Shown in pieces: positions 1 to 10,769 of a stretch of DNA of 64,000 bases. The DNA is taken from NCBI GenBank assembly GCA_965116885.1, contig OZ220741.1, positions 4,896,001-4,960,000 of the forward strand. Reading direction: 5' to 3'. This DNA is from Candidatus Latescibacterota bacterium (lineage in GTDB: Bacteria; Latescibacterota; UBA2968). Positions within the stretch are counted from its first letter, which is position 1. Each line of letters begins with the position of its first letter. The notes below the pieces were generated by a model, which was not told where the DNA came from, did no database searches, and worked only from the letters and a program-made list of their open reading frames with translations. The position numbers and the translations under genes are program-made.

Positions 1-2612
1 CGCCTTTTGGAACACGCGACAGCGTGACAGTACTCTGGCGTCTCAAAAATCGCCCTGGACGCCATATATTAGAAGCGATAGCCGACCCCGCCAATGCGAT
101 TGTAGAAGGCGATGAAACAAATAATCGGACAGCAGTAGAAATCGATGTCTTAGGCGCGTTGTCGGCTGTACAGCTCTTGCCATGGCCGAGTCAGACCGTC
201 GCAAATGCCCAGACGGTATTGGGCGTGCGGTCTGGGGAAGGCTTGTTCCATCTAACGGGCGAATTTGAGCTGAATAGATCTGGCGACTTTCAAGACCCCG
301 CAACAATACGCTCGGGCAGCGTGGGCGCCGCTGAAGGCATTATTTTTTGGCGTCCGACGGGTTTGCGCGCGGGGGCTTATTTTTGGCGCGCCCGATTATC
401 CGATGGACAGACAACGGGACCCTGGTCCGATGTCCGACATTTTGTGGTGACATCCTCTGTACCAGAACGGCAAGTGGTGTGGCAGCAAGACGGTACGATT
501 GCATTATCGCGCGGCACTGGCGAAGATGTCGTGTTATCTGATGACGGTTCCGTTGGACGCACTATGTCTCCACTACCGATCCGATTCAATAATGCCGAGG
601 CTTCTTTTTTAAGCGAAGGAGTAACAGGTGCAGCCGTTTTGTGTACGGACGGAACATACCTGTATGTGAAGCGATTCTATACACCTCAAGACCGGTATCC
701 AGGCAGTGATTTGTTCGCGCGCATTGGCACGGGATTCAATGGCACGGTAGCAGGTCAGAATTACGGAATCGTGACCGAAACACCTATCCAGAGTATTTCT
801 GCGACATTTCACAGCGATGGGTTTATCTATGCCGAACACCAAACAGCGCGCTCTGTGCTGCGTATTTCTCCTGTCACCGGGAGAATCGATACTGTTGAAG
901 TACCCGGCCGCTTGCTGGATTTGTTTCGCGGATTGCCATTTGATGCCCATGCATTGATTACCTCTGACGGCGAGTTTATTTATAACGTATCAGCAGGCGT
1001 CAATGGTGCGCGGCGCAGCGGGTGGAGTGTGCGGATATTTGATCCGGCCAATGCCTGGCGCATCGTGCGACAATTTGCCGTACCACCCACAGAAACGGGA
1101 TTTGGCTATCTGTACACAGATGGCGCGATTGCCGATGGACGGTTTATCTACTTAATCGAATTTGGCACGGGATTGACGCATCGCGTGCGCGTGGTAGATG
1201 CACATACCGGGGCATTTGTCGAAGAATTTGAAAGCGATCAGGCGCAGACAGATATTCTGGGCGGGCAATTTGATTGGGTGAACAACGTGGTGTGGTTGGG
1301 ACAATTGCACGGGGGCATGGTATATCGATATCCGGGGCAGCGCTTGCCCGAGTATGGCACCTTAACATCTGAACCAATTGGACCGGCGAGTGCCTGGCAT
1401 ACGGTAATAACGGCTTTGTCGGGCACGGGCAAAGCCGAAGTGAATTTACTGGGCGAGGTCGATAACAATACTTTTGCTCCATTGGCACAATGGCAAAATT
1501 TATCACCTGGAACACAAAATTTGGACGGTACAGCCGTCCCGCGACTAAAAATTCAGATCAAATTGTACGGAGAGGGATTAAATCCATCTCCCGGTCTGCA
1601 AACCTGGACCACAACATATCAGCCGCTTTCAGATATTGGCCTGAGCAACTTGCGGGCAGAGCCTTTTGAAATAACGGAATTGCAACCCGCGGTCCTCCAT
1701 CTCGATGTGCAAAACCGCGGTCCATTAGACCTGGCTTTGGGCGCGTCTGTTGCCTTTTATAGCGGCTCTCCCACGCTGGGGCGTCTAATAGGGCGCGTAG
1801 CTGTGCCCGAGAATAGTCCACTCGGACAAATAGTCCCCCTGCGCATGGTGTGGCAAACCGCGCAGTGGGCCGGGCAACACATGGTAACGGCTCGTTTGGA
1901 AAATTTTCAAGGACAGCCAATTTTCCCCGGTCGCGAGATAGCACTTACGGAGCCAGTGCGGATTGCACCGAGTTCTGACCGCGATATGCCGACAATTGAA
2001 ATCGCGGCTCTGGATGCCCTCGGCGAAGTGCGACCAGAAGATTATCTGCCCTCTCAACCGACATTTCGCATTTCCATGCGCGATACAGCGGGTATTGATT
2101 TGTCCAGCATCCGCCTATCGATTTCGGGAACAGACGAGGCACAAGAGACTCATTATGAGTCAGAAAAAATAAAAGACCGCGCTGCTACCCCCAGGGCCCT
2201 GTCATTTGTCTATACCCCAGACGCACTTGTCGATGGGCGTTATACGCTCAATGTCGAAGCCTCTGACAGGCTGGGAAATGGTCCTGCAAAAATTGCAATA
2301 TCGTTCCAGGTCTCTTCAATATTGGCGATAGAGAACGCACTGGTCGCGCCCAATCCCGTATCCGATACGGGACATTTTACATTCATCTTATCGCGTCCTT
2401 CAGAAGTCACCGTGCGGATTTACACCCTTGCCGGACGGCTCGTTCAGAGAATTGAAGAGCCATTTGCACGCGCGGGATACAATCAGATTTTTTGGGATGG
2501 ACGAGATGCCGACGGTTATGTGTTGAGCAACAACACGTATTTGTACACCTTGACAGCAGACAATGGCGAATCGCAGGCGCGGGTTAAAGACAAATTGGTT
2601 GTATATCGATAA
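1..2612 (+). CDS. Large secreted multidomain protein, 5'-partial (CARDB/Ig-like domains, beta-propeller-like middle, T9SS/FlgD-like C-terminal domain)
   Basis: Frame is open from the window start (PFGTRDSV precedes the GTG at 24). CARDB-like 'ADPANAIVEGDETNN'; C-terminal 'VAPNP...VTVRIYTLAGRLV...IFWDGRD...YLYTL' is typical of FlgD-Ig/T9SS-type sorting domains. Confidence 0.7.
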   Translation, partial: PFGTRDSVTVLWRLKNRPGRHILEAIADPANAIVEGDETNNRTAVEIDVLGALSAVQLLPWPSQTVANAQTVLGVRSGEGLFHLTGEFELNRSGDFQDPATIRSGSVGAAEGIIFWRPTGLRAGAYFWRARLSDGQTTGPWSDVRHFVVTSSVPERQVVWQQDGTIALSRGTGEDVVLSDDGSVGRTMSPLPIRFNNAEASFLSEGVTGAAVLCTDGTYLYVKRFYTPQDRYPGSDLFARIGTGFNGTVAGQNYGIVTETPIQSISATFHSDGFIYAEHQTARSVLRISPVTGRIDTVEVPGRLLDLFRGLPFDAHALITSDGEFIYNVSAGVNGARRSGWSVRIFDPANAWRIVRQFAVPPTETGFGYLYTDGAIADGRFIYLIEFGTGLTHRVRVVDAHTGAFVEEFESDQAQTDILGGQFDWVNNVVWLGQLHGGMVYRYPGQRLPEYGTLTSEPIGPASAWHTVITALSGTGKAEVNLLGEVDNNTFAPLAQWQNLSPGTQNLDGTAVPRLKIQIKLYGEGLNPSPGLQTWTTTYQPLSDIGLSNLRAEPFEITELQPAVLHLDVQNRGPLDLALGASVAFYSGSPTLGRLIGRVAVPENSPLGQIVPLRMVWQTAQWAGQHMVTARLENFQGQPIFPGREIALTEPVRIAPSSDRDMPTIEIAALDALGEVRPEDYLPSQPTFRISMRDTAGIDLSSIRLSISGTDEAQETHYESEKIKDRAATPRALSFVYTPDALVDGRYTLNVEASDRLGNGPAKIAISFQVSSILAIENALVAPNPVSDTGHFTFILSRPSEVTVRIYTLAGRLVQRIEEPFARAGYNQIFWDGRDADGYVLSNNTYLYTLTADNGESQARVKDKLVVYR

Positions 2613-2624
2613 AGTAAAAAAATC

Positions 2625-4109
2625 ATGAAATTACTCGTCATAGGCCTGGATTGTGCGGCACCCGAACTGATCTTTCACCGATTTCGAGATGACATGCCCA
2701 CCATCGATAACCTGATCCAGACCGGGATTTGCGGCAATCTCAAAAGCACCATCCCGCCCATCACCATTCCCGCCTGGATGAGTATGGTAACGGGCAAAGA
2801 CCCCGGCACGCTGGGGTTTTACGGGCTGCGCAACCGCGCCGATTACTCCTACAGCCGTCTATCTATTGCCAATTCATCTCTCGTACACGACGATACGGTT
2901 TGGGATATCATTTCCGCTGCAGGCAAAAAAGTAATCCTCGTTGGCGTGCCCCAAACCTATCCTCCCCAACCAGTCAAGGGCTGTCTGATCGCTTCTTTTC
3001 TCACGCCGAGCAACGACAGTCCCTATACCTATCCCGATAGTTTAAAAACCGAAATCGAGCACGTATCCGATGGCTATATCATCGATGTACGCGATTTTCG
3101 CACAGATGACAAAGCGCGGTTGCTCCGCGAAATTTACGCCATGACCAAAAAGCGGTTTCGCGTGACCAGACATCTCATGCAAACCCGCGAATGGGATTTT
3201 TGTATGCATGTAGAAATGGGCACAGATCGCATCCACCACGGATTCTGGCGATTTCTGGATCAAACCCACCGAAAACACGATCCCAATTCCGAATATGTGA
3301 ACGCCATCCGCGACTATTACCGATATCTCGATAGTGAAATCGCATCTCTAATTGCTCTAACTGATAAAGACACAGCCATCCTCCTCGTCTCAGACCACGG
3401 TGCCAAGCGCATAGATGGTGGCATCTGCATCAACGAATGGTTGATCCACGAAGGGTATTTGACAATAAAAAAATATCCCCAGGAGCTTATGGCTTATGAG
3501 GATCTCGAAATCGACTGGACAAAAACCACAGCCTGGGGTGCAGGTGGCTATTACGCGCGCATCTTTCTCAACATTGCCGGACGCGAACCAAAAGGCATTG
3601 TGCCCCCCGACCAATACCAGGCCTTATGTGCTGAACTCTCAAAAAAAATCGCGGACATCCCCGACGACAAGGGCAATCCCCTGCCGACACAGGTCTTCAA
3701 ACCAGAAGATATTTACAGCACTATTAACAATATCCCGCCCGACCTGATCGTCTATTTCGGCGACCTGCGCTGGCGTTCTGTTGGCACAATAGGCCATCGC
3801 GCCATCCACACCCTTGAAAACGACACCGGGCCAGACGATGCCAACCATGCCCAACACGGTATCTGTATCCTCAAAGACGGCACGCACACCGGCGAAAAAT
3901 ACAATCTGGAAATACGCGACATCGCACCAACTATCCTGGGCCTCATGGATATGCCCATTCCCGCTGACATGCAAGGCCAGGCAATAGTCAACACCCCTTC
4001 AACTCATGCACCATCGGACGCACAGCCTTCACACACGGACGACGAGGTCTATACAGAAGACGAAAGAAAAGCACTTGAAGATCGGCTCAGAGCACTGGGA
4101 TATTTGTAA
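2625..4109 (+). CDS. Alkaline phosphatase superfamily protein (type I phosphodiesterase/nucleotide pyrophosphatase)
   Basis: 'VIGLDCA', 'STIPPITIPAW', 'LVSDHG', 'DDANH', C-terminal 'RLRALGYL'. Confidence 0.85.
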   Translation: MKLLVIGLDCAAPELIFHRFRDDMPTIDNLIQTGICGNLKSTIPPITIPAWMSMVTGKDPGTLGFYGLRNRADYSYSRLSIANSSLVHDDTVWDIISAAGKKVILVGVPQTYPPQPVKGCLIASFLTPSNDSPYTYPDSLKTEIEHVSDGYIIDVRDFRTDDKARLLREIYAMTKKRFRVTRHLMQTREWDFCMHVEMGTDRIHHGFWRFLDQTHRKHDPNSEYVNAIRDYYRYLDSEIASLIALTDKDTAILLVSDHGAKRIDGGICINEWLIHEGYLTIKKYPQELMAYEDLEIDWTKTTAWGAGGYYARIFLNIAGREPKGIVPPDQYQALCAELSKKIADIPDDKGNPLPTQVFKPEDIYSTINNIPPDLIVYFGDLRWRSVGTIGHRAIHTLENDTGPDDANHAQHGICILKDGTHTGEKYNLEIRDIAPTILGLMDMPIPADMQGQAIVNTPSTHAPSDAQPSHTDDEVYTEDERKALEDRLRALGYL

Positions 4110-4116
4110 TTGTCTG

Positions 4117-5001
4117 CTAAAAAACCCGAAAACGCGCGGGCAAAGGCGGCATCCCCCCGTCCTGTGTCGTAACAAAACCGCCAACGGCATTGGCTTGCTC
4201 AGCGCATATCTGCATTGGTGCCCCAACGAGTAAATGCATGACAAATGCCGCCGTAAAAGCATCGCCAGCACCTACTGTATTCACGACCTGTTGTCTTTTC
4301 CCCACCGCCTGCCAAATTCTCCCCTCACTCACAATCCGACACCCGTGCTCTCCCAGTGTCAAAATCACACATTGCAGGTCAAAACGCACACAAATATCTG
4401 TCAAAAAAGCATCCACATCTTCTTCCCCCCCCACATAATCGCGCAGCAGAACCACTTCCTCGTCATTTAACTTCAGCACATCAGCGCGTGCTATAGATTC
4501 TCGCACAATCTCATCAGTGTGATAGTGCTGTCGAAAATTGACATCGAGTACGCGCAGACAATCCGGCGGCGCCGCATCCAAAAAATTTGTAATTGTCCGA
4601 CGGCTCTGCGCGTCGCGTTGATCTAGCGTTCCAAAACACAAGGCGTGAGCAGAACGCGCGATCGGTGCCAATTCTGAACACCAGGTAATCGCATCCCACG
4701 CCACGCCTTCGACAATTTCATAAGCTGGTTGCCCATCTACAAAAGTCACATTCACGCTACCCGTTGGCCGATGGGCATGCACCTGTACAGCATCTGTCCC
4801 CACCCCTCGTCCACTCAAAATCTCAAGTGCTATCTTACCCCGCGCATCGTCTCCCACACAACTCACCATGGCAGAACGCGCACCCAAAGCAGCCGCATGC
4901 ACGGCAAAATTTGCCGGCGCGCCTCCCAATCGCTCGCCATCGGGAAACACATCCCACAACACGGCACCGATAGCGACCACGCAAGGCGGCTCACGGCGCA
5001 T
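4117..5001 (-). CDS. PfkB family carbohydrate kinase (fructokinase-like)
   Basis: 'GGAPANFA' and 'NTVGAGDAF' PfkB signatures. Confidence 0.9.
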   Translation of the reverse strand: MRREPPCVVAIGAVLWDVFPDGERLGGAPANFAVHAAALGARSAMVSCVGDDARGKIALEILSGRGVGTDAVQVHAHRPTGSVNVTFVDGQPAYEIVEGVAWDAITWCSELAPIARSAHALCFGTLDQRDAQSRRTITNFLDAAPPDCLRVLDVNFRQHYHTDEIVRESIARADVLKLNDEEVVLLRDYVGGEEDVDAFLTDICVRFDLQCVILTLGEHGCRIVSEGRIWQAVGKRQQVVNTVGAGDAFTAAFVMHLLVGAPMQICAEQANAVGGFVTTQDGGMPPLPARFRVF

Positions 5002-5984
5002 TACCGCGATACCTTTACAGCCTTTTTTGCAGAAGCCGAGCGATAAGCGGCCTCGGACAAGCGGGCGACCTGCAAAGCGAAATCCGGCGGCGAATACCCC
5101 ACGCCATCGTTGCGGATCAGATCAAAAAATGCCTGATCGGGCGTCGTCTCCTGGATATGTGGCGGAATTTCGAGTGGTTTGTCATTCAGCAAAACCGACT
5201 GCACCTGCCACCGGTGCAAATGGAACACCAGACAGCCTTTGCTTCCATGAATGGCGATTCGCTCATCGTGATGCGCCGCATTGCCAAAGGTATTCAGCGT
5301 ACCCGCCCCGCCACCTTTGAAACGCACATTGACCACCATATTGGTATCCACGGCTTTTCCCGCGTTCTCCGCAAAGGCCGAGACCTCCACAGGCTCCAAT
5401 CCCGTAATCCACAACACAGAGGCAACGAGATGGCTACCCGTATCCATAAACATGCCGCCCCCCGACAACTCGGGATCCAAACGCCAGCCGCGAATACTTC
5501 CCCAATTTTGCGTCACATAAGCCACCACGCCGCGCAACTCTCCGAGTTCACCTTGCCGAATCAATTCACGCGCATAAACGTGGGGAGCCATATAATTGCG
5601 TTGATAGGCCACCACCAGATACAATTTCAATTTATCCGACAAATTGATCAGCGACTTGGTCTGCCGAGACGCAACAGTGAGGGGTTTCTCAACCAGAACG
5701 TGCAATCCCTTTTGCAAAGACAGGCGGGCGTGTTCATAATGCAGCGCATGGGGAGAACTGATCAGCATGGCATCGAGCGCCTCATTCCGCACGAGTTGGC
5801 GATAATCTTCATAAAAAGATACCTCACTCCCCCAAGCTGCCATCAATGCCTCCGCCTGGCTCTCATCGGGGTCGGCCACCCCGATAATCTCCACGCCCCC
5901 ATCGGCTTTCAAACGAGGCAAATGCGCCCTCTGCATATTGCCGCCACATCCGATCAAACCGAGCCGAATTTTTTCTTTAGACAT
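5001..5984 (-). CDS. Gfo/Idh/MocA family oxidoreductase
   Basis: 'GLIGCG', 'HVLVEKP', 'GGGMFMDTGSH'; start reassigned to MSKEK, which follows a GGAGG RBS. Confidence 0.9.
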   Translation of the reverse strand: MSKEKIRLGLIGCGGNMQRAHLPRLKADGGVEIIGVADPDESQAEALMAAWGSEVSFYEDYRQLVRNEALDAMLISSPHALHYEHARLSLQKGLHVLVEKPLTVASRQTKSLINLSDKLKLYLVVAYQRNYMAPHVYARELIRQGELGELRGVVAYVTQNWGSIRGWRLDPELSGGGMFMDTGSHLVASVLWITGLEPVEVSAFAENAGKAVDTNMVVNVRFKGGGAGTLNTFGNAAHHDERIAIHGSKGCLVFHLHRWQVQSVLLNDKPLEIPPHIQETTPDQAFFDLIRNDGVGYSPPDFALQVARLSEAAYRSASAKKAVKVSR

Positions 5985-6025
5985 CGCGCAGAACCTCCCG
6001 GTTATTGTGATTAATATTTTAATTA

Positions 6026-6832
6026 CTAAGCCGCCGACTCGGCGACCATCGTGACTTCTTCCCTGCCTTCTAACCCGGCAATCACCGGAAATGTGCGCGA
6101 TGAATCCCTTCCCCGCGCCATATAACGCACAGTAGGTGGAAAATAGGCGTAGAGTGCCGTATGCCTCGGACGAGGTGAATTGTTGGGGCCAGAACCGTGT
6201 ACACACAAACTGTGAAACAAAAGGGCTGTTCCCGCTTTGAGCGGCACCTCAATCGCCTGTGAAGTATCCAAATTTTTTCGATCTGTCAACTTTGCATCTT
6301 GAGGCCGCGCAATATCGCCCCATTTCTGCATGCCCCACTTGTGACTTTTGGGAATCACCCGAATACAACCATTCTCAGAATAGGCATCTGTCAATGCAAT
6401 ACTCACCGTGACAAGCGCTGGCGGCTCCATCGGCCAATACGCCGAATCTTGATGAAAACCATGCGAGGACCCGTGAAACGCGGGCTTGAGCATAAGCGTG
6501 CTGCGAAACAACAACAAATCGGGTCCAATCAGATTCTGAACCACGGGTACGAGTTTGGAATGTGCCGCCAAATTCTTGAACACATTGGAAAAATCGCGCG
6601 TCTGCTCAATCTTTCGCAACACGGGCAAGCCATCTTGCTCTTTGTCCCTTGCATAAGGCTCGCGCTGAAAACTACCCGAACGCTTATCGCCATTGGCGGC
6701 CAAATCTGCTGCCAGTACGTGTAATTTGTGAATCTCTTCTTCACACTCGGCCAACTCCTGGGGCGACACCACATCTTCAACTACGAGATAGCCCTGATCA
6801 TAAAAAAATGCTTTCTGTTCTTCTGGCGTCAT
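6026..6832 (-). CDS. Phytanoyl-CoA dioxygenase (PhyH) family Fe(II)/2OG dioxygenase
   Basis: 'FHQD', 'ENGCIRVIPKSH', 'VHGSGPN' (HxD...H triad); start MTPEEQ after a GAGGAG RBS. Confidence 0.9.
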   Translation of the reverse strand: MTPEEQKAFFYDQGYLVVEDVVSPQELAECEEEIHKLHVLAADLAANGDKRSGSFQREPYARDKEQDGLPVLRKIEQTRDFSNVFKNLAAHSKLVPVVQNLIGPDLLLFRSTLMLKPAFHGSSHGFHQDSAYWPMEPPALVTVSIALTDAYSENGCIRVIPKSHKWGMQKWGDIARPQDAKLTDRKNLDTSQAIEVPLKAGTALLFHSLCVHGSGPNNSPRPRHTALYAYFPPTVRYMARGRDSSRTFPVIAGLEGREEVTMVAESAA

Positions 6833-6896
6833 TTTTCTCCTCCTCAAAAACTTTATAGTATAGAAATCATAACACAAATGCCCGCGTCAAGCAAAG

Positions 6897-6926
6897 AAAA
6901 AGGGCATCGGTTATAGACCGATGCCC
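6897..6926 (-). terminator. Rho-independent terminator after the TBDR-DUF4249 operon
   Basis: Stem gggcatcggt / accgatgccc; the A-run on + gives a U-tract on -. Confidence 0.75.
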
Positions 6927-6952
6927 AAGGAGATATATTTGTGCAATAACCT

Positions 6953-7894
6953 TTATTGCGAAGGGCGGGGCAGCACCACAAAACCCACCGAATCCACGGA
7001 CGCCGATCCGAAAATCCCTATACCCCCATCAACGTGAAACAGCGGACGCTCAAAATTGTCGCCCGCCAGGCCGCCGGGCTGAAACGCATTGCCATCATCA
7101 TCTTGAAAAAACTCGGGCACAGAGCGAATCAAATCAAACCAGTTCTTGTCAACCGCATAAATGCGAATGACATGAGGCCCGGCATATGCCACCGCAAACC
7201 AGGGGAAGCGCACGATGCCATCTGTACCCTCAAATGCCGGTGAACTGCCGTATCGTTCAAAATCCGCCCTCTCATCGTCATCGACCAAATCGGAATAAAC
7301 CACAAAATCCGATTCCGGATCCAGGCTCTCAATTGCAATATGGTAGCCACTGACAGGAAGCGGATCAAATCGCATTTCCAGAAGGCCATCTTGATAGACA
7401 ACGCGATTCTCCTCCACATTGCCATCTTCATATCTGTTCAATGGACGGATGACCTCAAGTGTCTCATCATCTATTAATGCCGCCTCTTGAATATCGAATC
7501 TGCCCGGTGTGACCGTCTGTGCTGTGGCTTCCCTGCCCTGTGATCGCACGCGCAGATTATAAGTTGTATTTGGCAAAACGAGAGGCGCGTTGGGCGGGGG
7601 CATATATGACCCAGAGGAAAAACCCGAACTCGGGCGGTACACAAACGTCTGTTCCCCCTGAGTGATCACGACCTCGGCATCACCCACACCTGCCCAGGGT
7701 TCAGAATACCCCACGTTTGCTTTTACTGTCTCACTGATCAACACCTGTGGTAGGGGTTTATCGACAATCAGCAGCGCATCCACAACCAGAACACCCGACG
7801 CATCAGGGCCAAAAAGACTCGACGGATCGCGCTCGGCCTCACATCCCACCAGCACGATCAGGCAACCCATCATCAAAACGAAATATTTCATCAT
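6953..7894 (-). CDS. DUF4249-like lipoprotein, partner of the TonB-dependent receptor
   Basis: Lipobox 'LVGC'; C-terminal 'HVDGGIGIFGS'; directly downstream of the TBDR. Confidence 0.7.
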   Translation of the reverse strand: MMKYFVLMMGCLIVLVGCEAERDPSSLFGPDASGVLVVDALLIVDKPLPQVLISETVKANVGYSEPWAGVGDAEVVITQGEQTFVYRPSSGFSSGSYMPPPNAPLVLPNTTYNLRVRSQGREATAQTVTPGRFDIQEAALIDDETLEVIRPLNRYEDGNVEENRVVYQDGLLEMRFDPLPVSGYHIAIESLDPESDFVVYSDLVDDDERADFERYGSSPAFEGTDGIVRFPWFAVAYAGPHVIRIYAVDKNWFDLIRSVPEFFQDDDGNAFQPGGLAGDNFERPLFHVDGGIGIFGSASVDSVGFVVLPRPSQ

Positions 7895-7901
7895 ACCCCT
7901 C

Positions 7902-10124
7902 TTAAAAATTAAAATTGATCCCCAGAGTCGGCACGATTGGCAACATCTTGACCACATCTGGATCAGACTCATCAAAAATCACAAACCACTCATTGCGCCG
8001 ATTAAATACGTTAAACACCTGGACGTAAAATTCCCCATTCACCTCAAACGCTCGAAACCGCACCTTCACATTTAAATCCAATCTCTGATAGGGCAACAAG
8101 CGAGCACTATTGCGGTCTGAGGGAAGCACCAGGTTTTCTATTTGACGGTGGGACACTGCGGGCGAGCGCAATGAATAACGCGCAGATGCAGGTGTAAATG
8201 CCTGTCCCGTGCCATAGACATAATTCGCCCCCAATGACCACCGGCCCAGGCGATAATTGCTCACAAAAGACACATCGTGGCGTCGGTCGTATTTGGGGGG
8301 AAATGCCTTGCCCTGATTGAGTTCGGCAAATGTGCGGCGCGTCCATCCCAGCGTATAACCTATCCATCCCGTCAATCGTCCGGTACGGCGCTGTAAAAAG
8401 ACTTCGACACCAGTTGCATACCCGGTTCCCCCACTCACAAACGTATCCTCTACGTTCTTCGCATCGATATCTGCGGCGATGCGATTGTCCAGTACAATCA
8501 GATTCGCCATATCGGTATAATAGGCTTCCACAGTAGCCTGATAACGCTCGGAAGGTTCCCACTCCACACCCGCCACACCCTGCCAGGACCGTCCGGGCAT
8601 CACCGACTCATCCAGTGGCACCCAATAATCACCGCCGCTAAACAACTCGGTAGTCACCAATTGCAAATACTGGTGAAATGAGCCGCCAGCCGCCTTCCAG
8701 CGCCAGTTACCCTTGCGGTAGCTCATTGACAAACGCGGCTCGACATGAAAGCGATCACCAGCGCTAAAATAACTGCTCCGCATGCCCAGGCGAATATCTG
8801 TTGCAGAGCCGGGCTGCCAGTGATCCTGCACATACATCGATAACAAATTGGGGGTCAGACGCAGGTCAAATTGGCTTGAGCGATTAAATTCCTGATAAAA
8901 TTTAAAATCGTAGTGCGTCGCCAAAAAGCCCCCGCTGATGGCGTGATCGTGCGCGGCAAACCAATCCACATCGCCTTTGATGGTAAAATCGGTAATACTG
9001 TTGGAAAGCAAAATGGGCGTATCGAGAATATTCAGTTCTATCTTGCTGGCATAATCGCTACCCGCCACCACAAAATTGCCAAACAGGGCGGGCGAAAACA
9101 CATGCGTCCACTTGCCCAGAAAAGCCGTATTCCCCCACCGAATGCCGAAAAACGAATCCTCGTCAACATCAAAACTCAGATCATCTCGGCCAAAATACCC
9201 ACTGATCTGCACTTTGTCATTATCCGAAAAATCCTGATTGAGCTTGGCATTCAAATCGTAAAAATAATACGTGGGAACATCTGTGTCTTCATCCCGGATA
9301 AAAGACAATAAAGGATCGATATAAGTACGCCGTCCCGACACCATCCACGACCCCTTTGGCGTTGGGCCTTCGAGTGTCAAACGCGCGGCAATAAGACTTA
9401 TTCCACCGCTGGCATCAAATCCCTTGCGATTGCCGTCCTTATTGTGTACGTCGAGCACAGATCCCAAACGACCGCCGTATTTCGCCGGATAAGCCCCTTT
9501 GTGCAAACTCATATCCCGAATGGCATCGGGATTAAACGTAGAAAAAAAACCAAATGCGTGCGATGGATTGTAAAGCGGCATTTGATCCAATAAAATTAAA
9601 GTCTGATCCGGGCCGCCACCACGGATATAAAGTCCCGAACTGATATCCGACGCGGCCTGAATACCGGGTAAAAGGTGTAATGAGCGCAAAATATCCGTCT
9701 CGCCAATAGCTGGCATCTCGCGGATTTTTGCCGTTTCTACTTCTACAAACCCCGGCTGAATGAGCTGCTCTTCCTCCTCGCGCTTGCCCTCCACCACGAT
9801 CTCCTCCACGACTATTAGCTCGGGCTTGAGTTGCACATCGAGCCGCCTTGTTTCCCCCGCTCTAAAACTCAGCGTATCCTGGAAACTGATATACCCAATA
9901 TAAGAGATGGTCAACACATAGGAGATATCCTCAGGAACTCCTTGAATGGCGTAATATCCATCCACATTGCTCAGCGCACCAATGGGCCTGTCTGCGCCTT
10001 TTAACACCACGTTCGCATAGGGCAGCGACTCACCATTGCTCCGATCCGCAATAAACCCACTCAGCGTTGCCGCACGAACAGACAACGGCAATAACATCAA
10101 CAACAGCACCCCCAAAGACTTCAA
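7902..10124 (-). CDS. TonB-dependent receptor with N-terminal CarboxypepD_reg-like domain
   Basis: Signal peptide, 'GESLPYANV', plug 'IRGGGPDQ', 'YPAKYGGRLGSV', C-terminal Phe. Confidence 0.9.
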   Translation of the reverse strand: MKSLGVLLLMLLPLSVRAATLSGFIADRSNGESLPYANVVLKGADRPIGALSNVDGYYAIQGVPEDISYVLTISYIGYISFQDTLSFRAGETRRLDVQLKPELIVVEEIVVEGKREEEEQLIQPGFVEVETAKIREMPAIGETDILRSLHLLPGIQAASDISSGLYIRGGGPDQTLILLDQMPLYNPSHAFGFFSTFNPDAIRDMSLHKGAYPAKYGGRLGSVLDVHNKDGNRKGFDASGGISLIAARLTLEGPTPKGSWMVSGRRTYIDPLLSFIRDEDTDVPTYYFYDLNAKLNQDFSDNDKVQISGYFGRDDLSFDVDEDSFFGIRWGNTAFLGKWTHVFSPALFGNFVVAGSDYASKIELNILDTPILLSNSITDFTIKGDVDWFAAHDHAISGGFLATHYDFKFYQEFNRSSQFDLRLTPNLLSMYVQDHWQPGSATDIRLGMRSSYFSAGDRFHVEPRLSMSYRKGNWRWKAAGGSFHQYLQLVTTELFSGGDYWVPLDESVMPGRSWQGVAGVEWEPSERYQATVEAYYTDMANLIVLDNRIAADIDAKNVEDTFVSGGTGYATGVEVFLQRRTGRLTGWIGYTLGWTRRTFAELNQGKAFPPKYDRRHDVSFVSNYRLGRWSLGANYVYGTGQAFTPASARYSLRSPAVSHRQIENLVLPSDRNSARLLPYQRLDLNVKVRFRAFEVNGEFYVQVFNVFNRRNEWFVIFDESDPDVVKMLPIVPTLGINFNF

Positions 10125-10212
10125 TGTTGCTCCTCCTCGTTTGTAAAATACCTGCCGCGATCTCGCTTACTGACCGTCCATAGTGTTATAACACTCATCA
10201 ACGGTCAACGTG

Positions 10213-10671
10213 TCACCAGATACTCCTTTTTGTGGCAACAACTCCTTCGCGCTGGGCAATTAACCGGATGCGCTCTTGAATACGCGCGAGAATCAATTGT
10301 AGCCGATCTCTATCGGCATCTGACAGCCCATCATTCCGCCAGGGGTCCTCACTGCTTCTTTTTTGCTTGGTCATCTGCACATTGACCTCATAAGTTAAAA
10401 AATCCATCACAACCGAAATGCGCGTGCGCCGCGAAACATCCAAAAAAGTCTGACTGGCATAACTCGACTCATCGCGCCAAGCCGTCGTGACCACACCAGC
10501 CACGGGATCAACCGTTTCTACCGTATAGCCTTCTTCGTGCAAAATAGTCACAGTGGCATTGGCAAACACCTCGGGAGAAATTTTTTCAACTGACCCCGAG
10601 ATCGACACGGGATCGACCACATTGCAACCCAGCGAAAAACTCAGCAAAAAGAAAATCACAACGTTTTTCAT
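10213..10671 (-). CDS. Hypothetical lipoprotein
   Basis: Lipobox 'SLGC', RBS GGAGG; 'VDPVAGVVTTAW'. Confidence 0.65.
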   Translation of the reverse strand: MKNVVIFFLLSFSLGCNVVDPVSISGSVEKISPEVFANATVTILHEEGYTVETVDPVAGVVTTAWRDESSYASQTFLDVSRRTRISVVMDFLTYEVNVQMTKQKRSSEDPWRNDGLSDADRDRLQLILARIQERIRLIAQREGVVATKRSIW

Positions 10672-10753
10672 AATATCCCTCCGGCTAAAAGTTCCAGGTT
10701 GTCCAGAAAATACCTGCTCGCGTTGATGGCAGACTGCACACTACCTTCCTAAC

Positions 10754-10769
10754 TGCAACTCTTGTGCCA
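10754..10769 (-). promoter_or_regulatory. Sigma-54 (-24/-12) promoter
   Basis: Minus strand TGGCAC-AAGAG-TTGCA matches TGGCAC-N5-TTGC, about 80 nt upstream of the 10671 start, with an AT-rich tract further upstream. Confidence 0.7.

Noticed and set aside
5985..6206. N-terminal extensions in the ORF track (Gfo to 6206, DUF4249 to 7975, prmA to 17622, amidase to 46980)
   Set aside because: They overlap upstream genes; downstream starts with RBS-like sequences fit the family N-termini better
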